Shown here: positions 48,148 to 62,290 of the stretch, one piece after another
How positions within the stretch are numbered: the stretch's first letter is position 1
Layout: every line of letters starts with the position of its first letter
Source: Podarcis tiliguerta
Taxonomy: Eukaryota
Assembly (NCBI GenBank): GCA_965153285.1
Contig: OZ229114.1
Length of the DNA stretch: 64,000 nt
Reading direction: 5' to 3' (one strand)
Program-made: the position numbers and the translations under genes
The notes under the pieces: generated by a model
What the model saw: only the letters and a program-made list of their open reading frames with translations
Database searches by the model: none
What the model was told of the DNA's origin: nothing

Positions 48148-50684
48148 AAGGCATCTTCTTCTATTTGTCCCCATGCCACTTTCAGTTTAAAGGCATTGTT
48201 ATGCTAAAAAGAACCAGTGTTCATAAGGCTTTACATTCTCACTCAATGTGTTTAACTGCTTGGGGGGGGGGATACAACTAAATTATGTTTTCTTTAAGAA
48301 GAAAACATGAACTTCAAATAAAGAGGTGCACTTGTACAAGGAATCATTTTTGCTTTTGTCCTCAATATAATATCCATAAGTGTTTACCTTTTCTGGGTGA
48401 AAGCATTTCTCAGAACAGTGAATTTACTGGGCATATTCAAGTCCACTGATCTGCTACATGTTACTATGGTAAATATCCTAATTACTAATTATTAAGGTAC
48501 TGGAACAGAGGCAGAAGTACATTGTTAGAGAATTTTTATGAAATGGCTCTTCTGTAAGTAAACAAGCATGTTGTGTTGCCTTGTTGGCATGGAAGCACTT
48601 CCATTTATGCAGTGCCGCCATGAGTCAGTGTCTCTGCAAAGTCAATTTGTCTTCCACAAACAAATAAAAGAGAAGGAAGGAGCTAAGGGGAAGATATTGC
48701 AGTGTTTTCCATACATATTATTGACCTTTGGAGTCAATACTTGCCCCAGAGATGGCACTAGATAACTGGTGTCAACTATTGTACAAAGAGAAGTGTGGGG
48801 CTATGCTGGATATTTGCCAGAAAGAGCTATTTTGCTATTGTATGTTTTCCTAGAAAACATTCCAGTTGTGTGCGACTAATCACTTTTTCATCAGTACCGT
48901 TTCCCTTGTAGATGCTTTCCTGCCTCCTGAATTGAGTCAAATCGGGGAACCCAACCACACAGGGTTCACATCATGAACAGAAAGATCCCAGGAGGCCATT
49001 TCTAATGTGCAGACATCAGTAAATAAAATCTCATCAGTTGGCACAATGAATTAAATTTATCTGCACAATGACATCACTCAGAGGAAGAGACGGCAACTGA
49101 GAGAAAGTTTGGTTTCATAGCACATATTTTCATGAAGTGTGCTGAAAACTGCTGAAAAGGGAAGGTGCTTTTGGCAAAACAAGTTTATGAAAAGTAATTC
49201 CGGATCATGTTTGTGGCAGATCATGTGTTTTGATTTATACTTGACCCAAGTTTTCTCTGTAATATAATAGATGCATAATTGTTGATATTCTTCATAGTTC
49301 ACTTAAGAAACATGGAGAAAGTGATGGTTCTTTAAAATTATCAACGTTTGATCTTAGAAACTCTGCCAATGAGGAAGATACTTGAAGGGGTATAAATATC
49401 CCTTTTATAGATATGAGCTTCCCATAACCTAAAGTTGCAATCGTATAATCAGTGAGGTTTCTGAGTAGACATAGATAAGATTGCACTAATGATTCAATGA
49501 AGTCACAGGGTGTAATTAAAATGCCAGGATCGTTAACCAATAAATGGTAATAGGAAGGGGGGGAAATGTACATTGTGAAGAGACATTGTTGATTAAATGG
49601 TCCTTACGTAAAATTAATGTCATTTCCTTGCACAGAGCTCATAAACCTCTATGTGAAAGCTCTGCATTGAAGAGCAGGGGCAAATGAGTTCAAATTCAAA
49701 TTAGTACTGGGGTTCTACTAGATGTCCTCATTAAGGATTCTAAGAATAATGTGTTTCATTTCCATAATCAAATCTTTATGGGAATTTCCAGATGAGGTCT
49801 GATTTGCCATGAGGTAAATTAAAATCTTGGTACAGAAGATATCTTTGAAGTGTCACACTGTCTACAAGGTCTTGTCTGTTACAGAGACTCTGCATATTTC
49901 ATGCCCTACATATTTCTGGCAATGATGAAGCCAACTTTCCAATGCAATCACTTCGTTCCCCCTCCCCATTTTTTGCATTCCCTCCTATTCTTTAAGAGAT
50001 TATAAGACTTTTCTATTTGCATTAAGGTGTACTACTGCAAGAAGACTTTTGAAGAAAACTTATTCATGTAACGGGAAGTTCTCAGGAATAAGAATATAAA
50101 AAAGTTAGATGACTGGAATATGTAGGAGGAAAGATTTTTGGAGGAATTCATTAGCTTCAAGTTTTTACTGGCCCCTGGGTAGCAGACTGTCAGTGAACTG
50201 CCTTGTTCCATTTTTCTCTCTCTAGACTTGTGAGGAAAATGCCACTGAGACAATGTATGAAAAGCTTTCCCTACCCACCTCCAGGGGAGAAAAGGGTTCT
50301 GCGGTAGTTTCTTCTAGGCAACACTCGTGAATTGCAGTATTTATAAAGTCTATATTGCACAAAAGATTCATGGCGCTGGATTAGATGAGGGATCACAGTC
50401 CCATGCGCATGCTGGTGGAAGAGATCGCAGTAGGGGTTGATGGTAGGAAACTCTCGACCCAGTCAAATGCCTCTCACCCTACTGGTGCTATCTGCGAGAA
50501 GATACAGTTCTGAAAGGCTCTCATCGAAAAGTTGGGTAGAACACTTATACTGGGCCTTTTAATGATACCAAGAGCAACATTTTGTGTTAGAGAATGTATG
50601 ATGGCACCTTCGTTGGCCAATCCTGTGCATGCCTGGTTAATAAACAGAGGGATGATTCATATAATGTGTGATGATACAGGCATG

Positions 50685-50975
50685 GCGGCAACCAGAGGGA
50701 GGGCCCTTCTTGTGGTGCCAATCTTTCTATGGAATCTCCCCTTTGAACTTAGGCATGCGTCAATATTAGTGGTGCTGTACTGCTTATTCAAAATGTATTT
50801 ATCCTTCCAGGCTTGATTCCAGTAGGGTTGGTTGCAATTTTACCCTGCTCTGTGTTTTCAAATGCATTTTATTGGTATTTTAATATTTGATGTTTATAGT
50901 TTAGAACTGGTTGTATACCATCTTGAAACTCAATGTGAGAGGTGGAATAAAAATGATTTTTAAAAATAAAAAAAG
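50685..50975 (+). mobile_element. Old L2 3' end
   Basis: gagggcccttcttgtggtg...ctatggaatctccc...ccaggctt, A-rich tail. Confidence 0.6.
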
Positions 50976-52145
50976 TATCATGATTACAATCTGTAGGGGT
51001 CGGGTTTATGTGAGATCTCTCATACCCTGGTTAGGGTGCATTCATAAACCATGCTAGTTGAAAGGATTTGAATTAAGGATTTTTCCTGGTGAGTTAAACT
51101 TGGCCCTAACTTCTTGTACAACGCTAATACTGTATACTAATGGGACATGGATGTGTATATTCAAGAGTTTTTCCTTGACTTACCCTGGAGATTGCAGCAG
51201 GGCATATAGAAAAGAGTTGGCTTAATATGGCAAAGCCAGCATCACACTAGAACACCATATAACTGGGTCACTGAAAAGCAGATCTAGCTGCTTCAATAAT
51301 GTGAGAAGGACTTTGCCAGCCACATTGGCTGGACATGTAGATCAGACCGAATTCTATATGGGGTTAAAAATAAGAGTTAGTCTCACATTGCTAAAATAGT
51401 ACTGAACTGGCAGATGGGGAGCTTAAGGGGGGAAAGGAGATAATCATTTGCTGGCTGCTGGGCCACTGGTGACAGTTGATTAGGAGAGCTCTGGAGCTAA
51501 TGCAAATTGTTACACATCCCCGGGACAGCCAGAAATCAAATGGAGCTATTAGCTAAATTGAGCATTACATGGAGTGGTCTGAACGTTTTCTGGGCACACT
51601 TTGTATGTTGGGAACAGTTGGGGGCAGAGGGATGGGATACGAGAGGCAGCTTAGCTCATCCTAAAGGAGAGAAAACTGCTCTTCATAGAGAGGAATACAT
51701 ACACCATATATAAGTGAGAACACTGGAGAGGGTGTTAATAACATTATTCACCAACACAGAGTATGGATATCTAAATCTCAGCATGACCTTCTGTACACAT
51801 GGTGAAGATACGAGATCTTTCCAGGCAGTTTCTATGCTTAAATGTTGGGTTTGGTTTCTTTCTTTAACATGAAATTCAATGCCAGAGAATGGTGCCAGAT
51901 TAATGGCCCTAGAGGTATAAATTCTTCTCTTCTCTTCACAGAGAGCAGTCATAAAGATCAAGGGCAGCTCAATTTTCTCCAACAACATCCTGCTAATGTT
52001 CCACTGTGAGCTGCTATAGATGATCACAAAAGAGAAGGCAGCATACTCCACCTACCTATTTAGGCTATTGCTACTGAAATGAATACAGAATCAAGTGATG
52101 AGTTGCCAAATCTGAAAGGCCACCACAAATCCAATACTGCACCTT

Positions 52146-52322
52146 CAAACATTCTCCTTTCCCTTCCTTCTCCACAACAAACACTCTGTGAGGTGAGTGA
52201 GGCTGAGAGACTTCAGAGAAGTGTGACTAGCCCAAGGTCACCCAGCAGCTGCATGTGGAGGAGAGGGGAAGCGAACCTGGTTCACCAGATTACGAGACTA
52301 CCGCTCTTAACCACTACACCAC
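52146..52322 (-). mobile_element. Squam3-like SINE (partial)
   Basis: Near-identical to 13695-13868. Confidence 0.9.
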
Positions 52323-54611
52323 CTAAAACATATAAAGCAACTTCAGCAACTCACTGGAGTTAAAATAAAGACAAGACAACAGCCAACGCATCCTTCCCTC
52401 CTAATGTCAATCCCTCCTTAACCCACAAGCACAGAAAAACCCGAGGAACATGGAGTGGTACAAACACATACAAGGTGAAAAGATGATGAGGTGGCAATAG
52501 CAAGTTACCCCTCTACATTTGCATCAGAACAACTCCATACAATTGTTCATATAATTCCTGCTTCCTCCCCACTCCCCACTCAATATGGCGTCACTTCCTG
52601 TTTTTATGAAAGCAAGATTTGGGTCACTTGAATGCCCCTGAGAAAGTCCTTCAGCATTTCCGTGCTCCTCATTTGGTCAGTCTCCCATAAATAATGTGGT
52701 GGGTGGGAGAGTGAAGGGGGTGGGGCCTGTTCAAGAGGACAGTGTGGTTGCTTGGTTCAGGCTTGCTTCATTTACCTGCTGACTCAGTGTCCTTAGTCTG
52801 ACATCGGAGGAGTGGGGGGGGGGAATGTGTGGTTGAAGCTGAATGGTGGCTAAAGCCCTGGGACCACCGGGTGCCAAGGTTGTGACCCTGGGGGAGCAAG
52901 TGCCTGTGCTGTAGGCAGAGCTGGGTGCTTGCCAGAGCCATCTGCAATGGGAGAAGAAGCTAAGCCTCAAAGCCCAGGCCAGCACCCCTATTTTCATCTG
53001 AGGAATTTTAGAGGGTATGCGCCACCCCTGAATAAGTTCCAGGCCTACTGTATCTGAGCAGAAAGTAGTTGCAAAGATACCGTGATGCAGGTAGACAAAA
53101 TTTAGCAACCTTCAACCTCACCCTGCCTGCTTCTGGAAAATCATGCTAAATATTTAAAGGGGGGGCAGAGGAGAGAGTAAGCCAGTCCTCAGGGAACCTT
53201 AAATCACACATAAAAGGTTTGGACAGCAATATACTAGTCTTCATGAAGCTGAGGTCCTATTTATAATTCCAGTTCTGTTAGCACTGCCCTAACGCTAGAT
53301 TGCACAATTCATAACAGAGGGAAATAAATTCACAACAGTCAGGCTTTGGCTAGGCAGCTGAGCTCCCCATTCAGTTTAATGAGTGCTGGGTCACAGAAAA
53401 GGTCCGTAAGGATGGCTCTATAATGTTTGCCAACAGTGATAAATAGCTGGAAGAAAGATATTTATCCAATCACTCTCCGCTAAGGCTAACACAGCAAGAG
53501 GTTGCCATTTATTCTCATCAGCCCCACAAACTACCCGGTGAAGACCCATTTTTGCAGATATAGACACACGCACACATACATACAAATGCACATACATAAA
53601 ACATGAAGTCGAGTTGCATCTTCTACAGTTTCGACAGCTCTGCTTCATGTTATAAATATGCACCAAACTGCTTGCAAAAAAAGTTCGGGGGCAGAGTATA
53701 TTAAGAACTTCCAGGGCTCCACATCCACTACTGACCATTTGCCATGCTAACAGGAGTTGTAGCCCAAAACATTACTGAATGGGTATTCCAGAGACTTGGA
53801 AAATTGCTGACAATACTGCAGTTTATCCTCACAATTTAGGCCTGCAGAACATGTGGTCTACCCAGCTGAACGGGGGAGTGTGACAGCCTCTCTTTTGTTT
53901 TTTTTACAGAGGTCCTAGACGGAGGGTACAAATTGGTTGTGGGTGGTCAGCCCCCCATGCAGCAAGATGAGGTGACCACCTCAGGCAATAGGATCCACAG
54001 GGGCTGCCAATCTTTATTCCCCCCTTGTCCTTGATGTACATTTTCACTCATCCCTTTTTTCCCTGGCAGGGCAGGCAGGCGGGCACCATTTTGTGCCTTT
54101 CCTCATGTGCCAAAATGTCTTGAGCTGGCCTTGGCTCATGTAAAGCTTGTTGGGTCACACAAGTTCTCAGGGCTATTTTGTCATTGCTGTTTTCCTCTGC
54201 TTTTGTTTTTTGTTTTTGAAATATGTATTTTCTTCCATCCCTTTCTTTTCTGTTTTTCTTCTTCCTTATTTACTTTACTAAAATAATCTCAATAAAAATG
54301 TAAATAAATAAGTTCTCAGGGTTATCCCAGAGCTCTGAAGTTCTGAGATGCCAGATGGCAGCAGGGGACACCAAATTTCCCTCCTCAACCAGATGTCCGA
54401 AAAGGCTAGGTTTCTATTAGCTTTGTTATTATGGAAGCTAGGGCTGCCATATTTCAAAAAGTGAAAATCCAGAAACAAAAGTTGTTGAGCTCCCATTTCC
54501 CCAGATGTTTCAGTGATATCCTCCTGGTGGAAAGTGAAGCACTGTATCTAAGGTATTGCTAACATTTGCCACCGCCACCAATATGGCAAGATTTACTTGC
54601 CACCATTAATG

Positions 54612-54790
54612 GAGGGTTGGACCATAGCTCAAGTGACAGAACATCTGTGTTGCATGCAGATGTTTTGCAATGCCTAGTACCTGCAGGCAGAGCTAGAAAT
54701 GTATCTTGTCTGAAACACCGGAGAACCTGTGTACGGAACTAGATGGAACAGTGATATGACTCAGTTTAGGCAGCTTTCTAGGTTTCTAAC
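54612..54790 (+). mobile_element. Squam2-like tRNA-Ala SINE, degenerate
   Basis: catagctcaag..agaacatctg..ttgcatgcaga...tgactcagtttaggcagctt. Confidence 0.65.
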
Positions 54791-56423
54791 AGCTCAGCTT
54801 CTCTACTCAATAAATGTACATGCACATGCCATAGAAATATGTTTGCTTGTGTGTGTATGTGGGTCACCCTGCATATACACAAGAATAGTAAATTGTGAAT
54901 TGTCCCTCAGGTTCTGAGGGTCCCGAACAAGGAATTCTGAAACTGATTCTGGTGTGCAACTTCATAGCTGTAGGGTATAGTATGCTCCCTTGGTGAGGAG
55001 TGACCTTTATGAGAGAGAGAGAGACTATTCTATAATTCAGCATCTCTCTGTAAAATAGAAGTATCAGTGTCTGGGAGCAATACCAAGAGGGACTGGGAAA
55101 ATATCTTTCCTTAGTCAGAGATACCAGTGCTAATGCATTAATATCACACTTCACATGTCTTTGGTATTGAAAGCAGGTTTCAGATTTGAGCCATGGGACT
55201 AAGCTCCTTCCAGCCCATGGCATCTAATTTTCTGAAGGAAAATAGTCCATGAAATATGAATTTATGCGCAATTTCTTTCAATTTCGGAATTTTGGTCTCG
55301 GCATAGTATTCAAGGCACTCTGTTTGTCCATGCTCAGCTTATGAGTTTATTTATTTGCCATGTCTTGAAGAGGAGCATCAGAAGCATATCACACACACAC
55401 ACACAAACACACACACACAGAGAGAGACTACTAAAACTTGTTGCTCACTGCTCCAGGCCTGCCAGAATGCCATCAAGAGCTATAGGAAACACTTGCTGGA
55501 CTAAATGGAAATGAAACATGAAGGATTTCAATGCCTTTCCCACCAAACCGATTGCCTTTTAATGTCCAAGGCTCATTGCAGTGCACCTGGGCAGTTGATA
55601 TGCTTGAGGGAAATGTGGTTTATTAGCAGAAGATTGTCAGATGAACACGAGGGCAAGGTCAAATTAAAAGGGACATGGAGAGGATGAACTTCTGTGAATG
55701 ATCAACCAAATTAGTAACCAAAAGTGTCCTTAGAAATTATGTCAACATACCTAAAAATTATTTGCAGGTGATCGCAGTGACAGGAGACAGGCAGTCAGGT
55801 CATGTATCCACAGCAGTGACCAGAGAAGGAAAAATAACTGCTGGGAGGAGCGCAGAGAGAAGAAATGCCATGGTGCTCCCATAGCAGGAAAACCAGATGC
55901 CTTCATCTGCTCCACCTGCAATCATAGGCACCAATTCTATAGGGTTGAGGCATCTTCAGCCCCTCCCCCCATGGCTGTTGGGATTGGGTTGAGTCCCCAC
56001 AATCTTGACAGGATGGAGGAGGCCAAGCCTTTCCCCGCCCACCCATCCCTTCCCCCTCTCCCCTCCCTTTGTCTGCTGTCCTCCACCGCCTTGGGAGATG
56101 CCATGTAGCTTGGTGTGGCCTGGCTGGAAGTTGACCCAGCCGTGCAGTGTCAATAGATGCTGCAAAGCTTGGCCTGGCCTCGCTGGAGGTTGCCTCAGAC
56201 CATGCAACGTTGTGAGACACCACAAGACACTTGGGAGGTCTGTGACAGTCACGTGACACCATGGCATGTGTTATGTTGCACATGTGTGATGCCCCCTCCC
56301 CATGTTGGGCACAACTCGGCACCTCTGCCTGCAGGTGCTCTAACTCTCCAGTGGTTTCACCTCACTCCAAAAGAGCATTGTCTCCCAAGGAAAACAGATG
56401 CCAACAACCTCAAATATATGTTC

Positions 56424-56678
56424 TCCTCACGAAGAAGAACCAGGCAGAGGGCCTTCTTGGTAGTGGCGCCCTCCCTGTGGAACACCCTCCCTTCAGATGT
56501 CGAGGAGATAAAGAATCACACAACTTTTAGAAGACATCTGAAAGCAGCCCTGTATCGGGAGGTTTTTAATGCTTTTTATTATGTTTTTAGATATTCTGTA
56601 AGCTGCTCAGAGTGGCTGGGGAAACCCAGCCAGATGGGCAGGGTAGAAATAATAAATTTATTCTAATTATTATTATAA
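56424..56678 (+). mobile_element. L2 3' end
   Basis: TRQRAFLVVAPSLWNTLP..TFRRHLK then canonical 3' UTR and (ATT)n. Confidence 0.92.
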
Positions 56679-58804
56679 AAGGCTCACCCCTCCATGGTCT
56701 CCAAAGCGTGCTACCAGAGATCCTAATGGGCCAACCTTCTACATCTGGAGGAACTCTATGGACACGTGCAAAGGTTCTTTCCAATGTGTGCCAAATGCAT
56801 AACTATGCTCTCCCTGATGCACGAGAGGGAAATTTGTGTGAGCACTGCTTATGCATATATAGAAACAGGAGCTACACAGCTGGAAACTTGCTGTAACTGA
56901 AATGAGGCACTCTGCGATAAGGACAGGCTGCCAAAAACAGTCAGCGTTCAAAACACTTTTCAGCCGCAAAAGCACATTGGCCAACTTTGGACAAGTCTTG
57001 CCGACTTAACTCACAGGCAAGTCGTGAGGCAAAAATCTCTCTCTCAGTTCCCAGAAGAAAAGATGGAATACAAATAAAATATACGAAACCTCTCCCGATA
57101 CAAAGGCCTGCATGGTTGTTTCTGAGAAGGCATTCCTGAGAATTTTTTTTTTTTTAAAGTAAGTCTCTAAGGAATTTTTGTGTAAAGTGTAAGAAGCGAA
57201 AATAGGAAAAGAAAGAAATGGACAGATCCTAAATGAATAACCACTACTTCTCCTCCAAATATATATATATTTTTTTTTTTTTTTTGCAGAAAACATAGGC
57301 CCTGTGGCAAAACACACACACCTCACACATTAGCAGCCAATGGTAACAAGTAGCACAATGAGTGTTGCAAAGTCAGTTTTGCATCCTGCAGAATGTATCG
57401 TTTTTTAAAAGGGTTCTTCTTTTTCTGGGAACACTGCTGGAAGAAAATGTAGCAGGCCTTGTATCCCTTGCAAAGCAATAGTTTTCGCTCTGAATTCTAA
57501 TGCAACGACTGCCGAGGCAGTAGTCTGTTATCTGAATTTTAATGCCTGTATCTTTTTTATCTTGTCAGTTGTAGGGAAGATGTGAGTAGTTTTCATGAAA
57601 CATTAATGGCGATAACTGGAGTCTACTCTCCCACACATCCTCTCCTGTTGTGATGTAAAGTATGTATCTCTGTTGCGCTGCCACCATGCATCTTTTGCCA
57701 GCTCTCACAGGTCTGGCTGTGGGATGTGTGTGTGTGCATGAACAGATACAAAGACACACAGAATGTCTGATATGACAAAGAGCTGGATGTGGGAGATCAG
57801 AACTTTTAATTAATTTTAAGGACTGTTCTTAGACTGAGGGTGATGCTCAAGCACTCGCACTATTAGCTCATATACTGCCATCTTTAGCTGATATTTGCTT
57901 TAGCAAGACATCACAACCGGGGAAAGGCAAAATCCTCTGAGAAATTTGTTTCACCAGAAACTCTATCCCCTTTTGTAGTTAACTTTGGTTCTCTATTGTT
58001 CTGTTTATTTATTTTTATATCTGTAAGCTTAGAGTCGGCAGGCTTTCTTCATCAAATTTCCCCCCACCAGAATGGGAATTTTGCTTTCAAAAGCAAAATT
58101 TCCCTCAAGACTTATAATAAGGTTATAGGAATCTTTTTTTAAAAAGAATGAGGAAGGAAAATAGCGTTATCTCCATAGGGGATAACAATGCAGTGGCGAG
58201 AGAAGGACAGAATGGAGAATAATCTTTAGTGGGAACACATTTTGGAGTCACTCTCTATAATACGACCCTTGTTGTGTAGGTCTTCTCCCTCTAAGAGGTC
58301 ATCCCTCTTAGCACAGGGGCAGAGAATCTTTTCTGGCCAGTGGGCCAGACCCTTATCTCCTCACCCCGGAAGGCCATATTTGGTAGGTGGACGGGGTCAG
58401 GGTTTAGAGGTTTAAAGAGCATTGTGGGCCTGTTTGCAAAAGGCCTTTGGAACCACCTGTGCTCCTCTTTGAACCTCCAGTGCAATCCTTCTGGCTGCAG
58501 GAATTGGCAGCACCCAGTCAGGATTGAACCCTCTGCTCACTAGCTGATGAGTAGAGGCTTCGTGCCTGCTGCCTGTGTGGTTCTGCTTTGCCAGTTCATT
58601 CCCAACAGAGAACATGTTGGGTTGAACCCCACCCTCTTGCCTGTCAGCACACATCACCCAGTCAGCTGACAAAGTGATGTCAGCTGATGGACAGGTGGGG
58701 GTGTAGCTTGAGAGAAATGGCCTCAGGGGCCCACAGGGCAGGGGTACCCCATTCCTGCTTTAGGGGTGTGGAGAAAAGGACAAATTAGAAGGAGAGGGTC
58801 TAGT

Positions 58805-59007
58805 ACTTGTGGAACTCCCTCCCATCAGATGTCAAGGAAATAAACAACTATCTGACTTTTAGAAGACATCTGAAGGCAACCCTGTATCAGGAAATTTTTA
58901 ATTTCTAATGTTTTACAATATTTTATGTGCTGTAAGCCACCAAGAGTGGCTGGGGGAACCCAGCCAGATGGATGGGGTATAAATAATAAAATAAAATAAA
59001 AATAATT
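58805..59007 (+). mobile_element. L2 3' end
   Basis: tgtggaactccctccc...tttagaagacatctgaaggc...ggggtataaataataaaat. Confidence 0.9.
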
Positions 59008-61948
59008 AACCTCTCTCAAAACAATGGCTTCCTATGTTATTCTCAGTGATTATCCCGGTGCAGGATCTATGTCTCATTCAAGCAATACACTTGCAACTGT
59101 TGTACACCAACTTTTCAACCAAGTCGGGAACCAGGATTGTGGTCTGAGTAGAAGCCTGCTAATCTCTGCATAGCTAGGAGATTTAACACATATCTTACAA
59201 AGAGTGGCATAATCAGTATTTTCAAGTGTTGTAATCCTCCACCTGATACTCATCTATCCCCTCAGCGCAGCTTTTAGCAACGCTTGCCTTAATATACACC
59301 TGGGAAACACTTCTCCTTCCTCCCCTATCATCACCAATGAACACAGAAAGTGTTTCTAATGGGAAATGTGCAGGGCATGTGATAAAAAGGTCAGGGAGAG
59401 TTCAGTTATGCGAGGGGAAAAAAGTATTTTCTCATGAATAGACAGTTAAGCTGAAGATAATTAAAGTTTCCACTATACAAAAAAGAAACTGTTAGATAAG
59501 CGCTTTGAACCAATGCTTTGGGATTCAGTTTAGAAAAGATAGCGGCCAGCAAAATTCTTTAGTTAAAACTGGGGCTGACTTAAAACTACACCCCAGCTTC
59601 TTTCTGTTTTTTTGCAAATGATTTTGACAGTTTCCCCCAATCACCACCAATCACCCTGTTTTGACAGGGTGATTGGTGGGGAATGTTCCTCATTAAACTA
59701 TCCGTCCATTCATTTGGATTGACCTTGCTCTCAGCTGCCGACTCCCACCTCAGCAATGGTTAAAGCTGATTGGTTATGTAGTACTGTGATCTCATTCCAT
59801 TCACCATGCTATCTCTGATTGGGTGGGATCATCCTTTGGGGGCAGGAGGAAATTCCCCCAAAGGGGTGAAATGATCCCAATATGTTGATGATATGAAATG
59901 TCCAGACTCTTTATATTCAAAAGAACTTTACTTTCAGAAACATATAGCTGAGAAGAACATACCTACAATCTCATGCTTACTCACTTATAGAGAGCACAAG
60001 TTTCTCCCTATTAACATTTAGGGATCTTCCTCTGTCTGCTTCACCCCAGGCAGACCACTTTGACACACACTGTCCTCAGCAGCATCCAGAGAAACCTCTC
60101 TCAGCAGCCATTCTACCTCGCATACACAGAGAGAACAGGAAAACAGTTAAAAATGACAGTTACTTGAATAACAGTCACAACAGAATGGAATGCCTTTCTC
60201 ATGTGACTCACAGCCAGCCAATCACATGACTTAGCTACTGCCAAAGGAAAAACCCCATGCTATAAAAACACAACAATTTAATACAGTATAAGCAACATTC
60301 CCATTTCAGGAAATTAAACCATTATCCTTAACAGATGTAGTGCTCCATGACTCTCTGTATAGCGCTTACGACTTTTGCCAGGCTGCACCTCCTCATCCAT
60401 ACCCCATTTCCTCAAGCCAGGCCCCTTACTGACCCAAGTTGCGTTCTCCTTGAGTGCTTTAGCCTGGCTGGAATGTATCCTTGAATTCTAATCATGTGCC
60501 TTGCTTGCTTGTAAAGAGGATAGAGAAAGTGTGCTGGTCTATGTAGGAACTAGTCTACTGTATAAAGGTAACATTTGCATTCATTTCTCTGCTCACATTC
60601 ACCATTGGCCCCACTGGCATGTGCCCCACAGAAGGGAATCCAACCCTTTGTCTGGAAAATGGTTCTCCATCCCTGATCTAAACGTTTGGCATAAATATTC
60701 CCTGTTTGACCCCTATTATCAAAACGGGCAGCTATTCAGAGCAGCTCTAGAGACATTTTGTATCCACCCTCCCTATCTGAATGCAATATTGAAGCAGTTT
60801 CAACTGGCAATAAAGAAAATCAATGCTTGAAATAAACTTATGCGTATTAGGGGAGATGCTGCCAGCAGCGCAACTTATGTAAACAAAGATGGGCTTATTC
60901 AAAACTTTTTTGTATTCATATGTGGGCATTAGCCCCCAGCAGCTTTATTTTGATGCATTCTAGTAATAAGACATAGCAGATACAGACTTATAAGGGCACG
61001 AAATGGCTGGATCATTTCCACATCATAATTCACTCGGCATAGATTTGTGTATGAATTCTATCCCTCTCTTTCCGTGTCTGCCTTGGTGGAGGTGAGATAA
61101 ATTCACTCCAAAATGGCCCCGAGGACCTACAAATGTAAGGAATCCCAGGCCAGATAGAGACCTGTCAATCTCCCGACACAGCAGGAAACAACCCTGGCAC
61201 TTAAATTTTGCAGCAATAACTCATTTCCTTGCAACTTCTGTGTGAGTGACCCTTTGACTTTATCAGCCTCTCTCTGAGAGAGACCGAGTTTCATTCCTCT
61301 TTTTTCGTCCCTTCATCAGGTCATTTAACCTTAGTTCCTTAAATATGCAGGGGAAAGAGAAACTTGTGCAGATCGCAAGATCTACATCCAGGCCATCTAA
61401 ATCAGGTATGTGAAATGGGTATGAAATGGATGAGTAAGGCATGCCTACTTAGAGTGTGAAGCTTAATTTGTGCATGTGTGCTGCAACTTCACCCAGAGGC
61501 CTCTAGCAGGACATCGCCTTCCCCAGTGTTGCCCCCCCCCCCAGCCACCACCAATAAGTACACTTTGGGAAGGAAATGAGGCAATGCATAAGGTATCTCA
61601 GTGTTGGGAGAATCAAAGAGGCTGGTTCAGAGTGGCCATGTGTCCTACTTTACTGTCCTCTCTTTGAAGGCATCCTCTGTTTGAAGAGCTGCCCTATCTA
61701 AGACCTGTTAAAGATTAAAAAAAAACCACAAGAATGGAGAATAGCAGCCTTGAAGTTGCCTGTCAACTGTTGGGCATACAGGTAACCTGTATGTCTGCTC
61801 AGCCTGCTGTCCAAATGTTGTCACCTTGCCACAGCCTTCCCCACTATGATGAGTTGCACTGTATTTCTATTTCAGTCTTAGCAATTATTTCAAATTCTAT
61901 ACATACATATTAGCTTATGCAAATGTTATGCAAATCCTCAATGATGTA

Positions 61949-62199
61949 CAGTCGTACCTTAGATCCCGAACGCCCAGGAACTCAGACATTTTGTCGCCCG
62001 AATGCCATAAACCCGGATGTCATTGTTCTGGTTTGCAAATGTTCTTTTGGAACCCAAACGTCTGATGGGGCTTCCGTGGCTTCTGATTGGCTGCAGGAGC
62101 TTCCTGCAGCCAATCAGAAGCTGCAATTTGGTTTAGGAACGTTTTGCAAGTCAAACGGACTTCCAGAATGGATTCCATTCAACTTCCAAGGTACGACTG
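61949..62199. mobile_element. Tigger/pogo-like MITE (second family)
   Basis: TA|CAGTCGTACCTT...AAGGTACGACTG|TA; internal palindrome gcttctgattggctgcagga..tcctgcagccaatcagaagc. Confidence 0.92.
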
Positions 62200-62259
62200 T
62201 ATTTCCCCTGTTTTGGTGTCCCCTCTGCCTTCAGACTCTACTGTACTTTCTGTGACATC

Positions 62260-62290
62260 ATTCAAACTCTACAATTCTATGATTCTATGA
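62260..62290 (+). mobile_element. CR1-type tail
   Basis: ttcaaactctacaattctatgattctatga. Confidence 0.6.

Noticed and set aside
57555-57590. Possible microexon cag|TTGTAGGGAAGAT|gtgagt
   Set aside because: 13 nt (or 7 nt) is not frame-preserving and there is no host gene context
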